Source of the DNA: Blautia sp.
GTDB taxonomy: Bacteria; Bacillota; Clostridia; Lachnospirales; Lachnospiraceae
Assembly: GCA_022769545.1 (NCBI GenBank)
Contig: JALEJS010000046.1
Coordinates: 2,388 to 66,387, forward strand
DNA length: 64,000 nucleotides
Reading direction: 5' to 3'
Below the pieces are notes generated by a model, which ran no database searches, was not told the DNA's origin, and saw nothing but the letters and a program-made list of their open reading frames with translations. The position numbers and the translations under genes were made by a program. Below, piece by piece: positions 47,943 through 57,468 of this stretch (position 1 is its first letter; every line of letters starts with the position of its first letter).

Positions 47943-48916
47943 TTCAAAGACCCAGAAGACTGCGCGGAAATGAAATACTCAGAAAGATGGTGCGGGAAAC
48001 CAGAATGGATAAATCTTCACTGATCTATCCTCTGTTTGTGAAAGAGGGAACCAATATCAGAGAAGAGATTCCTTCCATGGAAGGACAGTACCGCTACAGC
48101 ATAGACCGGCTCCCGTACGAGCTGGAGGAACTGCAGAAGGCCGGAGTGGGAAGCGTGATGCTGTTTGGTATTCCGGATCACAAGGATGCTGTGGGAAGCG
48201 GCGCGTATGATGACCAGGGAATTGTGCAGCGTGCCCTGAGGGAAGCAAAAAAGCAGTTTCCGGATCTGTACTACATCACGGATGTATGTATGTGTGAATA
48301 TACCTCTCATGGGCACTGCGGTGTATTGTGCGGCCATGATGTGGACAATGACGCTACACTGGAGCTCCTGGCAAAGACGGCACTCTCCCATGTGGAGGCC
48401 GGTGCGGATATGGTGGCTCCGTCGGATATGATGGACGGACGTGTGCGTGCGATCCGGGAAATGCTGGACAAGAATGGACATACGGGAAGCCCGATTATGT
48501 CTTATGCGGTGAAATATGCATCGGCGTTTTACGGACCGTTCCGCGATGCGGCAGGCTCTGCCCCTTCCTTTGGTGACCGCAGAAGCTATCAGATGGATTT
48601 CCATAACCGGAGAGAAGGAATGAAGGAAGCTCTGACAGATATCGGAGAAGGTGCCGACATCATAATGGTGAAGCCTGCAATGTCTTACCTGGATATGGTT
48701 TCGGAGGTGTCCAAAGCCGTGAATGTTCCGGTGGCAGCCTACAGTGTCAGCGGAGAGTATGCAATGGTCAAGGCGGCCGCAAAAAACGGATGGATTGATG
48801 AGGAACGCATCATTTCGGAAATGGCAGTGGGAGCTTATCGTGCCGGTGCACAGATCTATATCACTTATTATGCGAAAGAACTGGCCCGCCTTATGGATGA
48901 AGGGAGAATTGGATAA
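47933..48916 (+). CDS. hemB: Porphobilinogen synthase (Zn-type)
   Basis: Cys-rich metal site DVCMCEYTSHGHCG and active-site Lys contexts. 327 aa. Confidence 0.95.
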   Translation: MELIQRPRRLRGNEILRKMVRETRMDKSSLIYPLFVKEGTNIREEIPSMEGQYRYSIDRLPYELEELQKAGVGSVMLFGIPDHKDAVGSGAYDDQGIVQRALREAKKQFPDLYYITDVCMCEYTSHGHCGVLCGHDVDNDATLELLAKTALSHVEAGADMVAPSDMMDGRVRAIREMLDKNGHTGSPIMSYAVKYASAFYGPFRDAAGSAPSFGDRRSYQMDFHNRREGMKEALTDIGEGADIIMVKPAMSYLDMVSEVSKAVNVPVAAYSVSGEYAMVKAAAKNGWIDEERIISEMAVGAYRAGAQIYITYYAKELARLMDEGRIG

Positions 48917-50190
48917 TGACAAAGTCACAGAGCCTGTTTGAACGGGCTGTAAAAAGAATTCCGGGAGGCGTGAACAGCCCGGTGCGTGCTTACGGAGCAA
49001 TTGGAGAGACACCCCGTTTTATCAGCAGAGCAGACGGATGCCGTATTTATGATGTGGATGGAAACGAATATATTGATTATATTGACTCCTGGGGACCGAT
49101 GATTCTGGGCCATAATTTTCCGGAGATACGGGAAAGTGTGATCAGAGCTTCCCAAAACGGTCTCAGCTTTGGATGCGCGACAGAAATCGAAGTAGAGATG
49201 GCAGAATTTATCTGTGAAAGAATTCCGCATGTGGAAATGATCCGCATGGTAAATTCCGGAACAGAGGCGGTCATGAGTGCATTGCGTGTGGCAAGAGGTT
49301 ACACGGGAAGAAACAAGATTATTAAATTTGCAGGATGCTATCACGGACACAGCGATGCCATGCTGGTAAGCGCAGGCTCCGGCGTGATGACCAGCGGAGT
49401 GCCGGACAGTGCAGGTGTTCCGAGAGGCTGCACGCAGGACACCATGCTTGCGGTATTCAACGATCTGGAGAGTGTGCGTACACTGATGCAGCAGGCTCCG
49501 GAAGACGTGGCAGCTGTGATTGTGGAGCCGGTTGGAGCCAATATGGGAGTGGTGGCACCTGCAGAGGGCTTCCTGGAAGGATTGCGGGCGCTTTGCGACG
49601 AATACGGCGCACTCCTGATCCTGGATGAAGTGATTACCGGTTTCCGTCTCGCGTTCGGCGGTGCGGCACAGTATTATCATGTCACACCGGATCTTGTCAC
49701 CTATGGAAAAATCATCGGTGCGGGAATGCCTGTGGGAGCCTACGGAGGCCGGAAAGACATTATGGAGATGGTAGCTCCGGCGGGTGCTGTCTATCAGGCG
49801 GGAACCCTGAGCGGAAATCCCATTGCCATGGCGGCAGGCCTGACACAGCTGAACTATCTGTGGAACCATCCGGAAATCTATGCAAAGCTGGAAGAAAAGG
49901 GAGAAATGCTTTACGGAGGAATCCGAAAGATCCTGAAACAAAAGGGAATTCCGTATCAGATGAATACCGTTTCCAGTCTGGGCAGTCTGTTTTTTACCGA
50001 TCAGCCGGTGGTGGATTATCTGTCTGCGAAAACATCGGATACAGCTGCCTTTGCAGATTATTTCAAATATATGCTGAATCACGGAATTCACATTGCGCCT
50101 TCACAGTTTGAGGCAATGTTCCTTTCGGATGCTCACACGGACAGGGAGATCGGTATGACGCTGGAGACAATAGAAAATTATTTCAAATAG
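48916..50190 (+). CDS. hemL: Glutamate-1-semialdehyde 2,1-aminomutase
   Basis: IPGGVNSPVRA, DEVITGFR and YGKIIGAG (PLP Lys). Confidence 0.95.
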   Translation: MTKSQSLFERAVKRIPGGVNSPVRAYGAIGETPRFISRADGCRIYDVDGNEYIDYIDSWGPMILGHNFPEIRESVIRASQNGLSFGCATEIEVEMAEFICERIPHVEMIRMVNSGTEAVMSALRVARGYTGRNKIIKFAGCYHGHSDAMLVSAGSGVMTSGVPDSAGVPRGCTQDTMLAVFNDLESVRTLMQQAPEDVAAVIVEPVGANMGVVAPAEGFLEGLRALCDEYGALLILDEVITGFRLAFGGAAQYYHVTPDLVTYGKIIGAGMPVGAYGGRKDIMEMVAPAGAVYQAGTLSGNPIAMAAGLTQLNYLWNHPEIYAKLEEKGEMLYGGIRKILKQKGIPYQMNTVSSLGSLFFTDQPVVDYLSAKTSDTAAFADYFKYMLNHGIHIAPSQFEAMFLSDAHTDREIGMTLETIENYFK

Positions 50191-50300
50191 AATCGAAATC
50201 TTGTTCCTGAAATAAATGTGTGATATACTGTAGGACAAAACAGGATGATATATTCAAGCGACAAAGCGATTGCGTGACAAAATATGAGGAGGCAGTACTC

Positions 50301-51365
50301 ATGGCTGACAGAAAATATGTGGCGTATGTGGGATCTTATACCCGCGGAAAAAGCAAAGGAATCAAGGTTTATGATGTAGATGTGGAGAAGGGATTCCTCA
50401 CGGAGCGAAGCGAGACAGAAGTGAGCAATTCTTCCCATACCGCCATCTCCAAAAACGGAAAATATCTTTATTCCATCGAGGACGAAGGTGTTGCTGTTTT
50501 TGAAAGAGACGGGAACGGAGATCTGAAGCGTCTGAACAGTGTTGATATTAACGGAATGAGAGGATGTTTTCTTGCCACGGATGTGGATGGAAAATATCTC
50601 TATGTGGCAGGATACCATGACGGAAAGGTTACGGTTGTTCATACACATAAGGACGGCAAGCTGGGAAGTCTGATGGATGGTGTTTTCCATACCGGACTCG
50701 GAAGTGTGGCAGAGCGGAATTTCCGTCCCCATGTCAATTGCGTCCGTCCGACACCGGACAATAAATATCTCTGTGCGGTGGATAACGGAATCGATCAGGT
50801 GAAGGTTTATCGAATCAATAAAAGAACTCATAAGCTGGAGCTGGTGGATATTCTCCGCTGCCCCAGAGAAAGCGGTCCCAGGATCATCCGTTTCAGTGAA
50901 GACGGAAAATATGCCTATATTCTGTTTGAACTGAGTAACGAAATTAAGGTTTACAGCTATGACGGCAGCGGAAAGACTCCGGAATTCGAGCTTCTGCAGA
51001 GCATCAGTACCCTGCGCAAGGATGATAAGGATGCGGTACATAATGCAGCTTCCGGACTGGCTCTGGCACCGGACGGAAGACATCTGTTCTGCACGACGGC
51101 AGGTGAAAATACCGTTTCCATGTTTGAGATCAATCCGGAGAACGGTCAGCTTACAAAGAAATTCACACTGCCCATCAGCGGAGATTACCCCAAGGATCTG
51201 GTGATCTTCCCGGATAACCGCCATATCGCGGTGGCAAATCATGCAAGCAATACCATTACAACCTTTACGGTGGATTATGAGAAAAATGTGCTTATCATGA
51301 ACGGAAGGCCGCAGCAGGTGGATCTTCCGAACAGCATTCACATCTGGGCTGTTCCGGAGGAATGA
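50301..51365 (+). CDS. 7-bladed beta-propeller lactonase-family protein
   Basis: Repetitive propeller pattern (YVGSYT..., KYLYS/KYLYV/KYLCAVDNG.., RHLFCT.., IAVANHASN). GAGGAGG RBS before MADRKY. Confidence 0.7.
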   Translation: MADRKYVAYVGSYTRGKSKGIKVYDVDVEKGFLTERSETEVSNSSHTAISKNGKYLYSIEDEGVAVFERDGNGDLKRLNSVDINGMRGCFLATDVDGKYLYVAGYHDGKVTVVHTHKDGKLGSLMDGVFHTGLGSVAERNFRPHVNCVRPTPDNKYLCAVDNGIDQVKVYRINKRTHKLELVDILRCPRESGPRIIRFSEDGKYAYILFELSNEIKVYSYDGSGKTPEFELLQSISTLRKDDKDAVHNAASGLALAPDGRHLFCTTAGENTVSMFEINPENGQLTKKFTLPISGDYPKDLVIFPDNRHIAVANHASNTITTFTVDYEKNVLIMNGRPQQVDLPNSIHIWAVPEE

Positions 51366-51425
51366 TCTTTACTGTTTTTTCAGATCGCAGGGACTCATGA
51401 AAGAGCATAAAGAAATAAAGCAGAC

Positions 51426-51460
51426 GCCGCTGCAGACATTTGTCTGCAGCGGCAATTTTT
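51426..51460. terminator. Terminator between convergent lactonase and aroC genes
   Basis: A 13-bp stem GCCGCTGCAGACA/TGTCTGCAGCGGC followed by AATTTTT. Confidence 0.75.
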
Positions 51461-51482
51461 GTGCGCCTGGTGGGTGCATATT

Positions 51483-52583
51483 CTATTCTGTTTCCCGATA
51501 GAAGCGGCGGATATGATCCATTCGGGCACTCATGTTGGAAAACAGGGCGTCGGTAAGAACCAGTGCAGCCATTGACTCGACGACCACTACCGCTCTTGGA
51601 ACGATCACAGGGTCGTGACGGCCGTGAATTTCCAGAGCAATTTCTTCGCCCTTGCAGGTGACGGTGTTCTGGGGCTGGCTGATGGAGGGAGTTGGTTTTA
51701 CATGGACGCGGATCACAATCTCTTCTCCGTCACTGATGCCGCCCATGATCCCTCCGGCATGATTGGAAAGCTTCTGAATCCTTCCGTCCTTTTGACAGAA
51801 ACCGTCATTGTCCTGAGAACCTTTCATCTGGCTGACAGCTGTACCATCGCCGATTTCCACGGCTTTTACGGCACCGATGGACATCATTGCCTGAGCAAGG
51901 AGCGCATCCAGCTTTCCGAATACAGGATCCCCGAGTCCGGCCGGAACGCCCTGGACCCGGCATTCGATCACTCCGCCGGCGCTGTCCTGATTTTTCATAC
52001 AGGTTTCCAGGTATTCGCCGGCCGCTTTTCCGGCCTCGGCATCCGGCATATAAAACGGATTTCGGCTGATCTCGTCGGGATCAAAGTGCTCTGCGGTTAC
52101 AGGCCCGATGGATTTCGTGTATGTGAGAAAAGAAACTCCGATTTCAGACAGGATTTTGGAGGCAATGGCACCTGCCGCCACGCGTCCGATGGTTTCCCGT
52201 CCGGAAGAGCGGCCGCCTCCGCGGTAATCGCGAAAGCCATATTTGGCATCAAACGTATAGTCGGCATGTCCCGGCCGATAGGAACAGGCGATATTTCCAT
52301 AGTCACGGGAACGCTGATCCTGGTTAAAAACGATTAAGGAAATGGGGGTACCGGTGGTTTTTCCTTCAAATACACCAGAGAGAATCTCCACCCGATCTCC
52401 TTCTTTTCGAGCGGTTGTGTATCGGCTCTGTCCCGGTTTGCGCCGGTCAAGAGCCTTTTGAATATCATTTTCACATAAGGGAAGTCCTGCCGGGCAGCCG
52501 TCAATGACCGCTCCGAGAGCCTTTCCATGGGATTCCCCCCATGTGGTGACTGTAAATTTTTTACCAAAAGATGACTGACTCAT
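51483..52583 (-). CDS. aroC: Chorismate synthase
   Basis: FTVTTWGESHG, GGGRSSGRET and HGRHDP motifs. Start chosen at MSQSSFG. Confidence 0.95.
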   Translation of the reverse strand: MSQSSFGKKFTVTTWGESHGKALGAVIDGCPAGLPLCENDIQKALDRRKPGQSRYTTARKEGDRVEILSGVFEGKTTGTPISLIVFNQDQRSRDYGNIACSYRPGHADYTFDAKYGFRDYRGGGRSSGRETIGRVAAGAIASKILSEIGVSFLTYTKSIGPVTAEHFDPDEISRNPFYMPDAEAGKAAGEYLETCMKNQDSAGGVIECRVQGVPAGLGDPVFGKLDALLAQAMMSIGAVKAVEIGDGTAVSQMKGSQDNDGFCQKDGRIQKLSNHAGGIMGGISDGEEIVIRVHVKPTPSISQPQNTVTCKGEEIALEIHGRHDPVIVPRAVVVVESMAALVLTDALFSNMSARMDHIRRFYRETE

Positions 52584-52772
52584 ATGTAACCCTTTCTTTC
52601 TGCACTTTATAACTTTACAGTAAATATGTGAGATTTCATGCCTTTCATTATAGCGAACTGTTAAATATTTGTAAACCGAAACCATTGGAATTGACAAAAA
52701 TTAAGGGAGAAATTATAATGTTATAAGTGTTTTTGGATTTCGATAATGGAGAGAGAAAGGGGAGTGTAAAGC

Positions 52773-53714
52773 GTGATCAGAATTTTTAAGACCATTGATG
52801 GAGCAATCCATCAGATTCAGGAGCCGCAGGAAGGGTGCTGGATCGCCCTTACGAATCCGACAGCGACGGAAATCTTTGAAGTATCTGAGCAGTTTCACAT
52901 TGAGGTTGATGACCTGAGGTCCCCGCTGGATGAGGAAGAACGTTCGCGTATTGAAGCAGAAGAAGATTATACACTGATTCTGGTAGACGTTCCTATCATT
53001 GAGGAGCGTAACGATAAGGACTGGTATGGAACCATTCCTCTTGGCATTGTTCTCACGGACAAGATGATTATTACCGTCTGTCTGGAGGATACGCAGGTGC
53101 TGACCAGATTTATGGAAGGACGTGTCCGCAATTTTTTCACTTATATGAAGACACGCTTCATTCTGCAGATTCTGTATCGGAATGCAAGTATGTATCTGCG
53201 TTATCTGCGTATTATAGATAAGAAGAGTGAGCAGGTGGAGGAAAAGCTTCATGTGTCGACCAGGAATCAGGAGCTGCTGGAGCTGCTGGAGCTGGAGAAA
53301 TCTCTGGTTTATTTTACCACGTCACTGCGGTCGAATGAGATGGTGCTGGAAAAGATGATGAAGACAGATGCCATCAAAAAGTATCCCGAAGATACAGAGC
53401 TTCTGGAAGATGTCATCATTGAAAATAAGCAGGCCATCGAGATGGCGAATATCTACAGCGGAATTCTGAACGGAATGCTGGGAACATTTGCATCTGTTAT
53501 TTCAAACAACCTGAATATTATTATGAAGGTTCTTGCCATTATCACGATCGTTATGAGTATTCCGACGATTGTGTTCAGTGCCTACGGTATGAACCTGAAT
53601 CCCACCGGTATGCCTTTTTCGAATACGCCATGGGGATTTCTGATCATCATTGTGCTTTCTGTGCTGATCAGTGTGGTTGCGGCTATCATTCTGACAAAGA
53701 AGCGCTTTTTCTGA
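52773..53714 (+). CDS. corA: CorA-family magnesium/cobalt transporter
   Basis: YGMNL (GMN) motif before the last TM segment. GTG start after GGGGAG. Confidence 0.85.
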   Translation: MIRIFKTIDGAIHQIQEPQEGCWIALTNPTATEIFEVSEQFHIEVDDLRSPLDEEERSRIEAEEDYTLILVDVPIIEERNDKDWYGTIPLGIVLTDKMIITVCLEDTQVLTRFMEGRVRNFFTYMKTRFILQILYRNASMYLRYLRIIDKKSEQVEEKLHVSTRNQELLELLELEKSLVYFTTSLRSNEMVLEKMMKTDAIKKYPEDTELLEDVIIENKQAIEMANIYSGILNGMLGTFASVISNNLNIIMKVLAIITIVMSIPTIVFSAYGMNLNPTGMPFSNTPWGFLIIIVLSVLISVVAAIILTKKRFF

Positions 53715-53747
53715 AAACCCGGCAACTGATAGGAAAAGAGGAAATGT

Positions 53748-54614
53748 ATGAAATTAATGAACAGGCTTGAACGGAAATTTGGAAAATATGGAATCCCGAA
53801 TCTGACACTTTATGTGATCATCGGCTATGTGATCGGCTATATTCTTCAGCTGATCAATCCGTCTGTACTGAATATGCTGAGTCTGAATGTGACGGCGATT
53901 CTGCATGGACAGGTCTGGAGACTGATCACATGGGTAATCAGCCCGCCTGGAAGCAGCAATGTGTTGTTTTTTATCATAGCGATTCTGTTTTTTTACTATC
54001 CCATCGGTACCTCGCTGGAGCGGACATGGGGAACCTTCCGTTATACGCTGTATATTTTTTCGGGAATACTGTTCACGGTGATCGGAGCGTTTTTCCTCCA
54101 CTTCATCAGCGGAGGAGTGCTTGACAGCTTTGGCAGATATATCTTTTCCACGTATTACATCAGTCTGTCCATCTTCCTCGCCTATGCACTTTGTTACCCG
54201 GATATGCAGGTGCTGCTGTATTTTGTCATTCCGATTAAGATGAAGTGGATGGCCTATGTATATCTGGCGCTGGTTGCTTATGATATTATCAGCTATATTC
54301 GCTCCGGTGTCTGGTTCATGGCGGTTCCCATCATTGCTTCGCTCCTGAATTTCCTGATTTTCTTCCTGACTACCCGGGATATGAACCGGTATAACCCGAA
54401 GGAAATCAAGCGAAAACAGCAGTTCAAAAAAGCGGTGTCCCAGGGGCAGGCGACAGGAACTGCAGGCAGAGGAAATGTGACGAAGCATAAATGTGCCATC
54501 TGCGGGCGGACAGAGCTGGACGATCCCAATCTGGAGTTTCGTTTCTGTTCCAGATGCAACGGCAATTATGAGTATTGCCAGGATCATCTTTTCACCCATA
54601 TCCATGTAAAATAA
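53748..54614 (+). CDS. Polytopic membrane protein with a rhomboid-like N-terminal pattern and a C-terminal cytoplasmic zinc ribbon
   Basis: GQVWRLITW...NVLFF...GTSLERTWG resembles rhomboid TM2 and L1. The C-terminus CAICG...FCSRCNGNYEYCQDH is a Cys4-type ribbon. No GxSG or AHxxG catalytic motifs were seen. Confidence 0.5.
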   Translation: MKLMNRLERKFGKYGIPNLTLYVIIGYVIGYILQLINPSVLNMLSLNVTAILHGQVWRLITWVISPPGSSNVLFFIIAILFFYYPIGTSLERTWGTFRYTLYIFSGILFTVIGAFFLHFISGGVLDSFGRYIFSTYYISLSIFLAYALCYPDMQVLLYFVIPIKMKWMAYVYLALVAYDIISYIRSGVWFMAVPIIASLLNFLIFFLTTRDMNRYNPKEIKRKQQFKKAVSQGQATGTAGRGNVTKHKCAICGRTELDDPNLEFRFCSRCNGNYEYCQDHLFTHIHVK

Positions 54615-54643
54615 GAAAGAAATAAGAAATCAGCAACAGTCAT

Positions 54644-54680
54644 AAAAATCTTTGGCAAACAGCTTGCCAAAGATTTTTCT
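54644..54680 (+). terminator. Intrinsic terminator, overlapping the tRNA-Leu promoter -35
   Basis: AAAATCTTTGGCAA/TTGCCAAAGATTTT stem followed by TCTTTG. Confidence 0.6.
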
Positions 54681-54692
54681 TTGTGCTATAAT
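54664..54692 (+). promoter_or_regulatory. Candidate promoter for tRNA-Leu
   Basis: TTGCCA, 17-nt spacer (ending TGC, an extended -10), TATAAT, 15 nt upstream of the tRNA 5' end. Confidence 0.5.
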
Positions 54693-54706
54693 ATTTTCGT
54701 TTGAAA

Positions 54707-54790
54707 GCCGGCTTGTCGGAATTGGCAGACGAGGCAGACTCAAAATCTGTTGGTGGTGACATCGTGCGGGTTCAAGTCCCGCAGCCGGCA
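54707..54790 (+). tRNA. tRNA-Leu (anticodon CAA)
   Basis: Acceptor GCCGGCT/AGCCGGC, anticodon arm GCAGA-CTCAAAA-TCTGT, long variable arm, T arm GCGGG-TTCAAGT-CCCGC. No CCA is encoded. Confidence 0.9.
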
Positions 54791-54797
54791 GTATTGC

Positions 54798-54845
54798 AGA
54801 TACCATAATTGATACGATTGTGTCAGTTATGGTATCTTTTTTTAT
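54798..54845 (+). terminator. Intrinsic terminator after tRNA-Leu
   Basis: AGATACCATAA/TTATGGTATCT stem followed by TTTTTTTAT. Confidence 0.7.
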
Positions 54846-55025
54846 AATAAAAGTCCCGGACAGCAGCCATGTGACGAAGCATGCCTGCATGCGAAGACAC
54901 ATGGATATTACCTCAAATCTAAAATCTTTGTGAAATTTCCTGCAGATGATTGCAGGAAAAGCGGGAAAATGCTATGATACGGGTTATAGAACAAATAAGA
55001 AGAAAGTTTAAAATGGAGGAAACAA

Positions 55026-56915
55026 ATGGATCTGAAAAATAAAAAACCGGATCGGGGAAAACGGCCCCTGTATGTGTATTATCTGATTGCCATCGCGGCG
55101 ATTATTCTGATCAATCTTCTGGTAGTTCCTTCTGTTCGGGAAAGAAGTATCCAGACAACGGATTACACTACATTTTTGAAACTTGTGGATAAGGGAAAAG
55201 TCACCAAGGCAGAAGTACAGGATGAATATATCTATTACGGCGTGGAAGACAGCGGGAAGAAATATATCTGCAAGACAGTCCGCATGGAGGATCCCCAGCT
55301 GGTGGATCGTCTGTATGATGCCGGTGTAAATATGGAAGCGGTGGTGACTGAAAGCCAGTCCATTTTACTGAGTCTGATTGCCGGATATCTGATTCCAATC
55401 GCCATCTTTATTCTTCTGGGACGCTGGCTGAGCAAAAAAATGATGCAGTCCATGGGGAACGGCGGTCCGGGAGGAATGATGTCCTTCGGAAAAAGCAATG
55501 CGAAAGTGTACGTGAAGTCCTCCACGGGAATCAAATTCTCGGATGTTGCCGGGGAGGATGAAGCCAAGGAACTTCTGACAGAGATCGTGGATTACCTGCA
55601 CAATCCGCAGAAGTATACGGAAATCGGTGCGTCCATGCCAAAGGGTGCGCTCCTTGTGGGACCTCCGGGTACCGGAAAAACACTTCTGGCAAAGGCGGTT
55701 GCCGGGGAGGCAGAGGTTCCGTTCTTTTCCATCTCCGGTTCGGAGTTTGTGGAAATGTTTGTGGGTATGGGTGCTGCGAAAGTTCGTGATCTGTTTAAAC
55801 AGGCGAATGAGAAAGCTCCCTGTATTGTCTTTATCGATGAGATTGATACCATTGGTAAGAAGCGTGACGGAGCGGGATTTTCCGGAAATGATGAGCGGGA
55901 GCAGACGCTGAATCAGCTGCTGACAGAGATGGACGGTTTCGACGGATCCAAGGGTGTGGTGATCCTGGCTGCGACTAACAGACCGGATTCTCTGGATCCT
56001 GCACTTTTGCGTCCGGGGCGTTTTGACCGGAGAATTCCGGTAGAGCTTCCGGATCTTCAGGGGCGTGAGGAAATACTGCGTGTTCACGCGAAGAAAATCA
56101 AGATCGCGGACAGTGTCCGGTTTGAGGACATCGCAAAGGCTGCGGCAGGTGCGTCCGGAGCAGAGCTTGCAAATATTGTAAACGAAGCGGCACTGAGAGC
56201 TGTCAGGGACGGAAGAAAATTTGCCACGCAGGCAGATTTCGAGGAAAGCATTGAAGTAGTCATCGCAGGCTACCAGAAGAAAAACCGTGTGCTTTCCAAC
56301 AAGGAAAAGCTGATCGTGTCTTACCATGAGATCGGGCATGCCCTTGTTGCTGCGAAGCAGACGGAATCTGCACCGGTTCATAAAATCACGATTATTCCGC
56401 GTACCTCCGGGGCACTGGGATATACCATGCAGGTAGATGAGAAGGAGCATTTCCTGATGTCGAAAGAGGAACTGGAAAACAAGATTGCCACCTTTACGGG
56501 AGGCCGTGCAGCCGAGGAGCTGGTTTTCCATTCCATCACGACAGGTGCGGCAAACGACATTGAGCAGGCGACGAAAATCGCGAGAGCCATGATTTCCAGA
56601 TATGGCATGAGTGATGAGTTTGATATGGTTGCCATGGAAAATGTGAGCAATCAGTATCTGGGGGGAGACTCCAGTCTGGCATGTTCTTTTGAAACGCAGA
56701 CCCTGCTGGACAGGAAAGTTGTGGAACTGGTGCGCAGACAGCATCAGAAGGCAATGGATATCCTGGAGGAGAACAAAGGAAAGCTGCATGAGCTGGCGAA
56801 ATATCTTTATGAGCATGAGACAATTACCGGCGAAGAGTTCATGAGTATTCTGAATGCGCCGCTGCAGGAACTGCCGGAGAGTGTAAAAAGGGAAGAAACC
56901 GATTCGGAAGCATAA
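55026..56915 (+). CDS. ftsH: ATP-dependent zinc metalloprotease FtsH
   Basis: Walker A GPPGTGKT, Walker [12 protein letters not shown] region, and zinc site HEIGHAL. Confidence 0.97.
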   Translation: MDLKNKKPDRGKRPLYVYYLIAIAAIILINLLVVPSVRERSIQTTDYTTFLKLVDKGKVTKAEVQDEYIYYGVEDSGKKYICKTVRMEDPQLVDRLYDAGVNMEAVVTESQSILLSLIAGYLIPIAIFILLGRWLSKKMMQSMGNGGPGGMMSFGKSNAKVYVKSSTGIKFSDVAGEDEAKELLTEIVDYLHNPQKYTEIGASMPKGALLVGPPGTGKTLLAKAVAGEAEVPFFSISGSEFVEMFVGMGAAKVRDLFKQANEKAPCIVFIDEIDTIGKKRDGAGFSGNDEREQTLNQLLTEMDGFDGSKGVVILAATNRPDSLDPALLRPGRFDRRIPVELPDLQGREEILRVHAKKIKIADSVRFEDIAKAAAGASGAELANIVNEAALRAVRDGRKFATQADFEESIEVVIAGYQKKNRVLSNKEKLIVSYHEIGHALVAAKQTESAPVHKITIIPRTSGALGYTMQVDEKEHFLMSKEELENKIATFTGGRAAEELVFHSITTGAANDIEQATKIARAMISRYGMSDEFDMVAMENVSNQYLGGDSSLACSFETQTLLDRKVVELVRRQHQKAMDILEENKGKLHELAKYLYEHETITGEEFMSILNAPLQELPESVKREETDSEA

Positions 56916-56965
56916 TCTGTGCATCGCGCAGCGTGTTGCTGTGAACAGTAATAACGATCAATTAC

Positions 56966-57002
56966 AGGGGATATTGCAGATGTGATATCCCTTGTTTTTT
57001 TG
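56966..57002 (+). terminator. Intrinsic terminator after ftsH
   Basis: AGGGGATAT/ATATCCCTT stem followed by GTTTTTTTT. Confidence 0.6.
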
Positions 57003-57110
57003 TGTCTGTTTCGATATAATGGCCATAGCAATACATCAGAAAGTGGCCTGTATTTCAGGAATGGGCATATGTAGTGTACGGCGCATATGTTTCAGTTGGA
57101 GGAAAACAGT

Positions 57111-57449
57111 ATGGACTGTCAGAAAGCAGAAGAAATGGTAAATCAATATATGGAACATATACTGAGTGTGGATGAACTGGAAGAATTTCTGGATCACATT
57201 GAGCATTGTCCATCCTGCTACGATGAACTGGAGACATATTTTATTGTCTCAAAGGTAATGGAGCAGCTGAATGATGAGGATTCCAATACGGTACTTGATT
57301 TTAAAGCGCTGCTGAAAAATGATATCAGGCGGGCAAAGATATCGGTGCATTACAAAAGAGCCATGCGCTTTCTTGCGGAGGCCGGAGCGGTGCTTCTGAT
57401 ACTTCTGCTGGCGGGCTTTTTGTTTTATGTGATGGGTGTGGTGTTTTGA
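57111..57449 (+). CDS. zf-HC2-type putative anti-sigma factor, single C-terminal TM segment
   Basis: HxxxCxxC signature in LDHIEHCPSCYDEL and a C-terminal TM segment AGAVLLILLLAGFLFYVMGVVF. GGAGGA RBS before MDCQKA. Confidence 0.6.
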   Translation: MDCQKAEEMVNQYMEHILSVDELEEFLDHIEHCPSCYDELETYFIVSKVMEQLNDEDSNTVLDFKALLKNDIRRAKISVHYKRAMRFLAEAGAVLLILLLAGFLFYVMGVVF

Positions 57450-57468
57450 CAGAAAGGGGAGGCAGACA

